Shown here piece by piece: positions 36,960 through 44,972 of a stretch of DNA of 64,000 nt. The DNA comes from a virus (lineage: Duplodnaviria > Heunggongvirae > Uroviricota > Caudoviricetes). Every line of letters starts with the position of its first letter. The stretch's first letter is position 1. A program made the translations under genes and the position numbers. Location: positions 1 to 64,000 of the IMG/VR virus record IMGVR_UViG_3300028454_001165; one strand, written 5' to 3'. The notes beneath the pieces were generated by a model that had not been told where the DNA came from, searched no databases, and saw nothing but the letters and a program-made list of their open reading frames with translations.

Positions 36960-37175
36960 TTACTTTGAACGATGTTCTCTTTCGGACTTTTTTCGGAGGA
37001 GTTTTACGGCCTTCGCGACGGTAAGCCCGATCGATACCGCTATTCCGGCGGTGATGATTTTTTCGTTTGTGTTCAATTGGTTATAGGCGGCGTTCATGCT
37101 TCCGTATCCCCGCTTCATTTCTTTGGTAATCTGGGCGGCGTTCAGCTTTTTGCTCACGTCGGTCTCTCCGGGCAT
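36960..37175 (-). CDS. putative - strand membrane protein (71 aa)
   Basis: TATAAT -10-like element 13 nt upstream on the - strand, but no SD. TM helix IITAGIAVSIGLTVAKAV. Uncertain. Confidence 0.25.
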   Translation of the reverse strand: MPGETDVSKKLNAAQITKEMKRGYGSMNAAYNQLNTNEKIITAGIAVSIGLTVAKAVKLLRKKSEREHRSK

Positions 37176-37235
37176 TGATATTTACATGATTATATCATAG
37201 ACACGGAATAAATGCAAGGACAGCGCGAAAAAAAC

Positions 37236-37460
37236 ATGGGTCTTAATGGAGAACATCCAAAATTACTGAATGAAGGAGAAATAGAGATAAAAAGCTTGAA
37301 AAGTATCGTGCTTGGGAGTATCGGAGGCTTGGTGGGCGGGTTTACCGTTCTGCTATGGCTCTGGAGCAGACCGGACACGCTGACGGATGAGCTGAATGAA
37401 ATTCGCTCTGACATCAAAGCTTTGGAGGAATCCAAAAAGACGGAGGACGACGCTGAATAA
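37236..37460 (+). CDS. small TM protein with acidic C-terminus (about 75 aa; start ambiguous)
   Basis: Shares 5' flank and 3' end (EDDAE* plus terminator) with the 36664 cassette. TM helix IVLGSIGGLVGGFTVLLWLW. No clean RBS-ATG; the start may be the ATG inside the promoter-like motif or a downstream TTG/GTG. Confidence 0.3.
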   Translation: MGLNGEHPKLLNEGEIEIKSLKSIVLGSIGGLVGGFTVLLWLWSRPDTLTDELNEIRSDIKALEESKKTEDDAE

Positions 37461-37645
37461 GCGTCCCCTCTTTCTTTTTGCGGCGGGTGGGATTGATATT
37501 TCCGGGAATCGGGGGGGGGACGCGCAGATCGCATGGACTGTAATGAGAGAAGAACGAATATGCGCGTTCTGTTTCTCTTGCGTTTGATCCGCAAAAAAAA
37601 AGAGCCCGCGTTTCGGCACAGGCCCTTTTGTCCGCTTGCGCGGTA

Positions 37646-37750
37646 TCACTTCCGGTTTTCCACGGAAGCTCTGGCATCCGCCAGCTTTTCCGCAGCGATC
37701 TGCAGAGCAGCGATGATGCCTTCGAGATTTACTCTCCGGCGAGCTTTCAT
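37646..37750 (-). CDS. 34-aa - strand peptide with strong RBS
   Basis: AAGGAGGG 7 nt upstream of ATG. Sequence MKARRRVNLEGIIAALQIAAEKLADARASVENRK. Confidence 0.3.
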   Translation of the reverse strand: MKARRRVNLEGIIAALQIAAEKLADARASVENRK

Positions 37751-38049
37751 TTTTCAGCCCTCCTTTACGGTAGAATCTCTTCTCCTTTTCTACGAGTATT
37801 ATACCAAATTTCGGCGGGTTTGTCAAGCGGATTGCGGATCGGACGCAAAAAAGAACCTATGATCGGACACAGGTTCTTTCCGGGTTTCCTTCGGATGCGG
37901 GTGGGCGAACAATCAACACTGATTGATATTCGTACCGCTGGTTTCTCCTTTCAGTTTCGGCTGGCAACGGTCTGCGCGCAAGATCACCGATCATCCCAAA
38001 CTGAACGTCCGGCTCCGCATCCAATGGAAGCCCTACGGCTCTTAACCGC

Positions 38050-38136
38050 TTACCTTCGGCTGATGTAATTCAGCACGGCAACTACAGTCTGAATGAGACT
38101 GAGCACCAACATGATGATACCAATCAATTCAGTCAT
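38050..38136 (-). CDS. 28-aa hydrophobic peptide, type I toxin-like
   Basis: Sequence MTELIGIIMLVLSLIQTVVAVLNYISRR. Canonical promoter TTGCAA(38190-38195)-N17-TATAAT(38167-38172) on the - strand. Paralog of the 38660 peptide. Confidence 0.45.
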   Translation of the reverse strand: MTELIGIIMLVLSLIQTVVAVLNYISRR

Positions 38137-38659
38137 GTACACCGCTTTCCGTGTGCGCGCGAGAGCATTATAGCACATTCTCGGCGTCTTTGCAACCGGC
38201 AGGTTGAACAAAGATCGTTCGGGATCTGTGCGAAAAATAAGGAGAGGCGCATAGCTAACATACCCTCTTTATTTTTGCCGAGGATCCGGGGAAGGTGGTT
38301 TTCGAAATGCCCCCCCCCTGTTTTATTGATATTTTCAGACGGTCGGACGCGGCGGAAACATTTTCTGTTATGAAGAGAGGAGACAGAACGGGGTTTTGGT
38401 TCCCGTTTGATTTTGTCTTTCTTTTCGTCATTGATATTTTCGATGACGAAGAAAAAGGAGATACGCGCCAGACGCTGCCAAACAGCTTTTCCGTATAAAT
38501 GAATCACTTCATGTTCGGAACGGTCGGCGGGGTCTGCCGTACTGACGAAGAGCGGTTTCTTTCGCCGCGATTTGCTGCGCGGGATGAATGAGGAGGAAGT
38601 AGTTCATCCCCTACTTGAAATTGCAATGCGTCTTTACGGCGGATCCCCCTTTTTCAGCC

Positions 38660-38767
38660 TTACCGCTTACGGATTTGCATCACGCAAGCGACAACGGTGG
38701 CTAATGCCGACACGACTTCGCATACGGTCTGAACAAAGTCAAACACAAGCTGGATGTCAAACGTCAT
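38660..38767 (-). CDS. 35-aa hydrophobic peptide, type I toxin-like
   Basis: Sequence MTFDIQLVFDFVQTVCEVVSALATVVACVMQIRKR. GAAAGAAAGGGG RBS. Extended -10 TGcTAAAAT upstream on the - strand. Same MT...QTV...I(R/S)(K/R)R pattern as the 38050 peptide. Confidence 0.45.
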   Translation of the reverse strand: MTFDIQLVFDFVQTVCEVVSALATVVACVMQIRKR

Positions 38768-38860
38768 GGCGCGCCCCTTTCTTTCTACATGCGGGCGCAC
38801 GGATATTTTAGCACAGGTCGTCATCACTCGCGTGCACAATTTTCAGAAAGGAGAAACAAA

Positions 38861-39199
38861 ATGGCAAAAAAGAAAGAGAACCGGTTTCAGCGGGAAGTGA
38901 TTCAGGAGCTGAAAAGCCGGTTTCCGGGATGCGTCGTGATGAAGAACGCCACCGGGTTCCACGACGGGTTCCCGGACATTGTGATGTATCTCGGGCGCGT
39001 CTGGGCGATGCTCGAATGCAAGCGGGAGAAGGCGGCGAAGAAACGGCCGAACCAGCTGTACTGGGTGGACCGGATGGACGGGATGTCCTTCGCGCGGTTC
39101 ATTTACCCGGAGAACAGGGCCAAGGTCATGGCGGAGCTTGAGGCGTTCGTCGTGGCTTCTGTCGGCATTGATATTTCCGGCAGGAGGGACGCCGCATGA
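38861..39199 (+). CDS. VRR-NUC domain nuclease (112 aa)
   Basis: GFPDIVMY...AMLECK...QLYW matches the VRR-NUC PD-(D/E)xK signature (GFPDL...EVK...Q..W). AAAGGAGAAACAAA RBS. Confidence 0.55.
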   Translation: MAKKKENRFQREVIQELKSRFPGCVVMKNATGFHDGFPDIVMYLGRVWAMLECKREKAAKKRPNQLYWVDRMDGMSFARFIYPENRAKVMAELEAFVVASVGIDISGRRDAA

Positions 39200-39765
39200 G
39201 CTTCCAGTTCAACCGGCACGCGGAGATCGAGGGCAAGCACGCTTTTCTCTCGGCGTCGAAGTATCATTGGATCCGGTACGATGAAGCGAAGATGGCCGAC
39301 GTATTCCGCAATTTCTTCGCGGCGGAGCAGGGAACGCGGATGCACGATTTCGCGTCCCATTGCATTCGGATGGGACAGAAGCTTCCGCGGACGAAGCAGA
39401 CGCTCAACATGTTCGTCAACGACGCGGTGGAGTTCGGGATGTCCTCGGAGGTGGTGCTGTATTACAGCCGCAACTGTTTCGGGACGACGGACGCGATCGG
39501 TTTCCGGAATGGGGTGCTCCGCATTCACGACTACAAGAGCGGTGTGATCCCGGCGCATTTCGAGCAGCTCTTCGTCTACGCGGCTCTGTTTTGTCTGGAA
39601 TACGACGTTGCGCCGGAGGATATTCAGATCGAGCTGCGGATCTATCAGTCGGGTGAGATTCAGAAATGCAGGCCGGAGCCGGAGGTGATCCGGGAGGTCA
39701 TGCGGAAAGCGGTGGATTTTGACATGCTGATCGAATCCATCAAAGAGGAAGAGCGGGCCAATTGA
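39196..39765 (+). CDS. putative PD-(D/E)xK-family nuclease (189 aa)
   Basis: ATGA coupling to the VRR-NUC gene. TDAIGF...LRIHDYKSG resembles a D...(D/E)xK core. Low certainty. Confidence 0.35.
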   Translation: MSFQFNRHAEIEGKHAFLSASKYHWIRYDEAKMADVFRNFFAAEQGTRMHDFASHCIRMGQKLPRTKQTLNMFVNDAVEFGMSSEVVLYYSRNCFGTTDAIGFRNGVLRIHDYKSGVIPAHFEQLFVYAALFCLEYDVAPEDIQIELRIYQSGEIQKCRPEPEVIREVMRKAVDFDMLIESIKEEERAN

Positions 39766-39848
39766 TATTTGAAATAGGGGGTGGGATCGCCGGATGTGAC
39801 CCCCTCTTCTTTTTCATTGATATTTGCAAAGAAAGGCAGATTACAGCC

Positions 39849-42668
39849 ATGGATACGAAAAACGACGCGATCTACATCGATGAGGAAACCGGCGAGGTCT
39901 TGGATGACATGGATATTCTCGAGCACTACGGGATGCCCCGGCGGTCCGGGAGGTACCCGTGGGGTTCCGGGGACAATCCTTACCAGCGGACGGGGGATTT
40001 CATTTCCCGCGTGAACAAGATGAAGGCCGACGGCATGTCGGAGGGGGAGATCGCCCGCGAGCTTGAGATTGTGAACTACCGCGGCGAACCGTCCCCATCC
40101 CGGCTCAGAACGCAGCTCTCCGTCGCCAAGAATTACCGCCGCTCGCTTCTTGTAGAGCAGGCGAAGGACATGAAGGCGAAGGGTCTCGGAGCTACGGAGA
40201 TCGGCGAGAAGATGGGGCTGAACGAGTCTACGGTCCGCTCCCTTCTCAATACGAAGGCCGAAGCCCGGATGCTCGCGGCGTCCAACACGGCGAAATACCT
40301 CAAAGAGGAGATCGACAAGAACGGCATGATCGACGTTGGTTCCAGCGTGGAGCGAAAGCTCGGCGTGACGCGGACGACGCTCGACAACGCGCTGATGATC
40401 CTCGAAATGGAGGGATATCCGACTTACGGAGGACGGGTCCCTCAGGTGACGAACAAGGGGCAGATGACGACGCTCAAGGTGGTCTGCCCGCCGGGCGCTG
40501 AGAAAAAAGATATTTACGATTATGCGAAGATCCACCAGCTCGGAGACAGGATCTCGTCCGACGGAGGCGAGACCTTCGATCCGGTCTGGGTCTATCCGAA
40601 GTCGCTGGATTCGAAGCGGGTGCAGATCCGTTACGCGGAAGAAGGCGGCAAGGACAAGGACGGTGTGGTTGAGATCCGGCCGGGTGTGGAAGACGTTTCC
40701 CTCGGCGGCTCCTCTTACGCGCAGGTCAGGGTTCTGGTGGACGGGACGCATTACATCAAGGGCATGGCGGTTTACGGGGATCCGGCCGACTTCCCGGAGG
40801 GGGTCGACATGATCTTCAACACGAACAAGCACGTCGGGACGCCGATGCTGTCGGATGATCCGAACGCGAAGTGCGTGCTCAAGCCCATCGATAAGGCGAA
40901 TCCGACGAACCCCTTCGGGTCGCTGATCAAGGACGGCATCGTCGATCCTGACGACCCTTCGAAGAAGGAGGGCGGACAGCGGTACTACTACGACGAGAAC
41001 GGCGAGAAGCAGCTCTCCGTCATCAACAAGCGGGCCGACGCCGGGGATTGGAACGAATGGAGCCACGATCTCCCCTCGCAGTTCCTTTCGAAGCAGAACA
41101 ACAAGCTCGTGAAGCAGCAGCTCGATCTTGCGAAGATCGACAAGCAGAGCGAATACGAGGAGATCTGCGCATTGACGAATCCGACGGTGAAGAAGCATCT
41201 CCTTCTGAATTTCGCGAACGACTGTGATTCGGCGGCGGTGCATCTCAAGGCGGCCGCCCTTCCGAGGCAGCGGTATCAGGTGATCCTTCCCCTGACGACG
41301 CTCGGGGACGACGAGGTCTATGCTCCGAACTACAAGCCTGGGGAGAAGGTCGCGCTGATCCGGTATCCGCACGGGGGGACGTTCGAGATCCCGATCCTGA
41401 AGGTGAACAATAAGAATGCGGAGGGGAGGCGGGTGATCGGGCCCAATCCGCCGGATGCGGTCGGCATCAACGCGAAGGTCGCGGAGCGGCTCTCCGGGGC
41501 GGATTTCGACGGGGACACGGTCATGGTGATCCCGCTCTCCGGCAAGGCGAATATCACCTCTACGCCGACGCTTCCGGGGCTCGAAGGCTTCGATCCGAAG
41601 GAGCAGTACGGCGGGAAACCGGCAGGGACCTTCAAGCAGATGACGAAGCCCGGCACGCAGATGGAGATGGGGAAGGTTTCAAATCTCATCACCGACATGA
41701 CGATCGGGGGGGCCGGTCCGGAAGAGCTGGCAAAGGCGGTTCGCCACTCCATGGTGGTCATCGACGCATACAAGCACAAGCTGGATTACAAGCAGTCCGA
41801 AATCGACAACGATATCCCCGCCCTCAAACGCAGATGGCAGGGGCATACGACGGAGGACGGGCGGTATTCCACGGGGGCCGCCACGATCATTTCGCAGGCG
41901 AAGGGGCAGGCGAGCGTTCCGAAATACCGGGGGGTCCAGAAGATCGATCCCGAGACGGGCAAGCTCTACTGGGACAGCCGGAAGACGCCCGAGACCTATG
42001 TGGACAAGAACGGTAAGACGCAGACGCGAATGGTCCGCACCACGAAAATGGCGGCCACGGACGACGCGATGAAGCTGGTTTCGGAAGGCAGGACGCAGGT
42101 CGAGCTGCTGTACGCGGATTACGCGAACACGATGAAGTCTCTGGCGAACGACGCGCGAAAAGAATACGTTTCCGCAGGAAGGATCGAGCGCAGTTCCGAA
42201 GCCGCGCAGAAATATGCGGCCGAAGTGGCAAATCTTGAAGCGCAGCTGAACGTCGCAAAGCTCAACGAGCCGCGCGAACGTCAGGCGCAGCTGAACGCCA
42301 ACGCGAACATCAAGCTCTGGCTGGAGAAGAATCCCGACGCGACGAACGCCGAGATCAAGAAGCAGTCTCAGCGGGAACTCTCGAACGAGCGCGCAAAGCT
42401 CGGCGCGAAGAGAAGTCCGGTGAAGATCAGCCCCGAACAATGGGAGGCGATTCAGGCCGGAGCGGTTTCGGAAAACGTGCTGACGAACATCCTCAAGTAC
42501 ACGGACATTGATGTCGTCCGCGGCTACGCGACGCCTCGCGCTTCCAAAGAGCTGAGCGCGGTGAAGCAGGCGAGGATCCACGCGCTGCAGAACTCCGGCT
42601 ACACGAATCAGGACATCGCAGACGCGCTCGGCGTTTCGGTTTCGACTGTGCTGAACTATCTTGACTGA
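39849..42668 (+). CDS. large multi-HTH protein (940 aa)
   Basis: AAAGAAAGGCAG RBS. Three HTH-like segments (GMSEGEIARELEI; GLGATEIGEKMGLNESTVRSLLN; C-terminal GYTNQDIADALGVSVSTVLNYLD). N-terminal HYGMPRRSGRYPWGSGDNPYQ resembles the N-termini of the 45556 and 50539 products. Confidence 0.6.
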   Translation: MDTKNDAIYIDEETGEVLDDMDILEHYGMPRRSGRYPWGSGDNPYQRTGDFISRVNKMKADGMSEGEIARELEIVNYRGEPSPSRLRTQLSVAKNYRRSLLVEQAKDMKAKGLGATEIGEKMGLNESTVRSLLNTKAEARMLAASNTAKYLKEEIDKNGMIDVGSSVERKLGVTRTTLDNALMILEMEGYPTYGGRVPQVTNKGQMTTLKVVCPPGAEKKDIYDYAKIHQLGDRISSDGGETFDPVWVYPKSLDSKRVQIRYAEEGGKDKDGVVEIRPGVEDVSLGGSSYAQVRVLVDGTHYIKGMAVYGDPADFPEGVDMIFNTNKHVGTPMLSDDPNAKCVLKPIDKANPTNPFGSLIKDGIVDPDDPSKKEGGQRYYYDENGEKQLSVINKRADAGDWNEWSHDLPSQFLSKQNNKLVKQQLDLAKIDKQSEYEEICALTNPTVKKHLLLNFANDCDSAAVHLKAAALPRQRYQVILPLTTLGDDEVYAPNYKPGEKVALIRYPHGGTFEIPILKVNNKNAEGRRVIGPNPPDAVGINAKVAERLSGADFDGDTVMVIPLSGKANITSTPTLPGLEGFDPKEQYGGKPAGTFKQMTKPGTQMEMGKVSNLITDMTIGGAGPEELAKAVRHSMVVIDAYKHKLDYKQSEIDNDIPALKRRWQGHTTEDGRYSTGAATIISQAKGQASVPKYRGVQKIDPETGKLYWDSRKTPETYVDKNGKTQTRMVRTTKMAATDDAMKLVSEGRTQVELLYADYANTMKSLANDARKEYVSAGRIERSSEAAQKYAAEVANLEAQLNVAKLNEPRERQAQLNANANIKLWLEKNPDATNAEIKKQSQRELSNERAKLGAKRSPVKISPEQWEAIQAGAVSENVLTNILKYTDIDVVRGYATPRASKELSAVKQARIHALQNSGYTNQDIADALGVSVSTVLNYLD

Positions 42669-42682
42669 AAGGAGAAAACGTC

Positions 42683-43213
42683 ATGAAGAATTCTGAGAAC
42701 ACAGTTGACGAGATCCTTGCCGAAAAGGCGGAAGAGCGCGCGCAGACCGAGCCGATCGCGGAGTCGGCGGAAGAAAGCGGCGCGATTGCCGACGAGAGTT
42801 TCGGAAACGAAAACAGCGGCGAAAAAGCAGAGGAAAATCTGAGCGCAGAATCTGCCGAAAATTTGGACGACGAGCGGAAAGAAAGCGCCGATCAAGCTGT
42901 TCACGCCGACAAAGGCGAGTATTTTGGCGGAAATTATGAGGCGATGCTGACGACGGTTGACAATCCTTTTGATCCGTTCGACAAATTTGACGATTGGTTT
43001 CGCTTTGACGAGCAGCACGGCTACCACAGCTGCGCTTATCTTGGCAGAATCACGGAAATCAGCGACGAGATGAGCGACGAAGAAGCGCAGAAAGAGATCG
43101 AGCGAGCGATCGACGAGATTCTCAAATACGACGTCTTCAACGTATACCGGAAGGTGCGGCGGCCTGTGAGAGTTTCGGAAGATTCCGCGGAAACGCTGGA
43201 GATTTCTGACTGA
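42683..43213 (+). CDS. hypothetical protein with poly-acidic N-terminal half (176 aa)
   Basis: GGAGAAAACGTC RBS. Conserved-looking C-terminal DPFDKFDDWFRFDEQHGYHS. Confidence 0.5.
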   Translation: MKNSENTVDEILAEKAEERAQTEPIAESAEESGAIADESFGNENSGEKAEENLSAESAENLDDERKESADQAVHADKGEYFGGNYEAMLTTVDNPFDPFDKFDDWFRFDEQHGYHSCAYLGRITEISDEMSDEEAQKEIERAIDEILKYDVFNVYRKVRRPVRVSEDSAETLEISD

Positions 43214-43397
43214 AATCGAGTCGTCGCCCTGCTGGAACTCGCAAGAGTTTCGTGAATTTGAAACCCCTCCTCTGAAATCTGCTGTCAGACACCCGGGGGA
43301 GGGGTCGAAAAATCTGCACCCCCTCTGAAATCGCGTTGGCCTTTGAAAAATCTCCGGGGGAGTTATTTGAGAAAAGTCGTTCGTCTCTGATATTCAG

Positions 43398-43525
43398 CGG
43401 TGCTTATACAGGCTCACAAGGAGATGCTCTGGCAGGCACATATGCCAGCTTCCTTTTCCTGTTTCTCCTTTCGGGAAGTGATATGAAGCAGTTTATTCTT
43501 GTCTTTGTGAGCCTGTATAAGCACC
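43398..43525 (+). repeat. perfect 21-bp inverted repeat (GGTGCTTATACAGGCTCACAA / TTGTGAGCCTGTATAAGCACC) separated by 86 nt
   Basis: Arms at 43398-43418 and 43505-43525. Sits in the non-coding 43215-43597 region with CTGAAATC / GAAAAATCT direct repeats. Confidence 0.6.
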
Positions 43526-43597
43526 GTAAAACTGATAGAAAGATATTTGAATTGGACATGAAAATCTATGAACTTTGATGAAAGGAAGGAGAAAAGT

Positions 43598-43948
43598 ATG
43601 CCGAAAAGTAAACAAAAGCCGGTGGAAACCCCTTCTGAAGAGTTCGTTCCTGAGCTTGATCCCGAGGCCAGAGAGGCACAGATGATCAATCTCGCCGTCA
43701 GACAGGCAGAAAAACAACTCAGGGAGGGAACAGCACCGGCACAAATCGTTACACATTATCTCAAACTGGCGACGGTCAGAGAGCGGAAGGAATTGGAGAT
43801 CCTTGAGCAGCAGGCAAAGCTGATAGCCGCAAAGACGGAAGCACTCGAGTCTGCGAAACGGATCGAGGAGCTTTACGCTCAGGCGATCGATGCAATGAAA
43901 CTATATAACGGACAGGGGATTGATGAGGACGATGAGGACGTATACTGA
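43598..43948 (+). CDS. hypothetical protein (116 aa); position compatible with a small terminase or other DNA-packaging accessory
   Basis: GGAAGGAGAAAAGT RBS. No recognisable motif. First gene after the inverted-repeat region. Confidence 0.45.
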   Translation: MPKSKQKPVETPSEEFVPELDPEAREAQMINLAVRQAEKQLREGTAPAQIVTHYLKLATVRERKELEILEQQAKLIAAKTEALESAKRIEELYAQAIDAMKLYNGQGIDEDDEDVY

Positions 43949-44348
43949 GCTAATCAAGCTGCCGACATTCGGGGAACGGTTTGAATATTTGAAGCTGGAC
44001 GGGGCCGTTGCTCAGGAGACTTTCGGCGGAGCCAGATGGCTGAATCAGGTATTATATCAGACGCCGGAATGGAAAGTGGCAAGAAGGAAAGCGATCGTCC
44101 GGGACATGGGCAACGATCTTGGCTGTGAGGGATGGCCGATATTGGGGCGGGTTTATGTGCATCATATGAACCCAATCACAAAGGAAGATATTCTTAAACG
44201 GTCGGAGGCGCTGTTTGATCCGGAGAATCTGATCTGCTGTTCAGACATGACGCACAAGGCCATTACATACGGAGACTTCAATCTTCTTCCGAAAGAATTC
44301 GAAGAAAGAAAAGCGGGGGACACCTGTCCATGGAAAAAATTGAAATAG
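43923..44348 (+). CDS. HNH endonuclease (141 aa)
   Basis: YVHHMNPITKEDI...ENLICCSDMTHKAIT fits the HNH motif (HH..N...NL...H). Confidence 0.6.
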   Translation: MRTMRTYTELIKLPTFGERFEYLKLDGAVAQETFGGARWLNQVLYQTPEWKVARRKAIVRDMGNDLGCEGWPILGRVYVHHMNPITKEDILKRSEALFDPENLICCSDMTHKAITYGDFNLLPKEFEERKAGDTCPWKKLK

Positions 44349-44359
44349 GGAGCGTAATT

Positions 44360-44602
44360 ATGTGCGAAGACGATCTCAGTTCCGTCTACCGAAAGCGTAA
44401 TCGATACGAAAAAGGAAGGGTCAGCAAGACACAGAACGTGTATTACGGCCCTTCCTATGATTCAGATGTGCTCTGCATTGTGACGTCGGATGAGGAGTTC
44501 GAGATCGATCACAATGAGTCCAGAGGCGAATTCTATAAGATTTATACCGCAAGCGGAGTCGAAGGCTTCGTGCGCAGAAAAAACACAAGGACGGAGGGAT
44601 AA
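44360..44602 (+). CDS. hypothetical protein (80 aa)
   Basis: AATAGGGAGCG upstream. Confidence 0.4.
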   Translation: MCEDDLSSVYRKRNRYEKGRVSKTQNVYYGPSYDSDVLCIVTSDEEFEIDHNESRGEFYKIYTASGVEGFVRRKNTRTEG

Positions 44603-44605
44603 ACA

Positions 44606-44971
44606 ATGGATGAGAATATCCTTACCTCTGTTAAGTTGGCTCTTGGTATCGCTGAGGATTATACGTACTTTGATCAGCAGCTGATCCTTTACATCAACAC
44701 CGCTCTGGCTGTGCTGACGCAGACCGGAGTGGGTGAAGCGGGATTCACGATTACCGGCAGCGCCGAAAAATGGTCCGATTTTCTCGGTGAGAAGATGGCT
44801 GCCCTTGAATACAGCAAGAGCTATGTGATCATGCGCGTCCGACTGATGTTTGACCCTCCGCAGAGTTCGGCGGCAATCGAAGCTTTGAAGGCAATGATCG
44901 CCGAGTATGAATGGCGGGGATATGTGGAGAGCGATGAGGGTGTGGCCGAGGCATTAGTCGGAGGAAACTGA
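44606..44971 (+). CDS. gp6-like head-tail connector / DNA-packaging protein family (121 aa)
   Basis: VKLALGIAEDYTYFDQQLILYINTALAVLTQTGVGE resembles the Phage_connect_1 signature (L...LRID.D.DD.LI..LI.AA..YI...TG). Confidence 0.4.
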   Translation: MDENILTSVKLALGIAEDYTYFDQQLILYINTALAVLTQTGVGEAGFTITGSAEKWSDFLGEKMAALEYSKSYVIMRVRLMFDPPQSSAAIEALKAMIAEYEWRGYVESDEGVAEALVGGN

Positions 44972-44972
44972 A

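Noticed and set aside
37533-38811. + strand ORFs 37533..37862, 37628..38068, 38295..38498 and 38572..38811
   Set aside because: No RBSs. They overlap each other and the promoter-equipped - strand peptide genes. The region behaves as non-coding on the + strand.
15229-39825. CRISPR array formed by the TTGATATTT repeats or G-tracts
   Set aside because: Repeat units are only 9 nt, irregularly spaced (100-7000 bp) and separated by full ORFs with RBSs. No cas genes are present.
39660-41372. 570-aa ORF on the - strand
   Set aside because: Antisense shadow of the 940-aa + strand gene in 62%+ GC DNA. No RBS. Low-complexity Arg/Leu/Val/Pro-rich translation.
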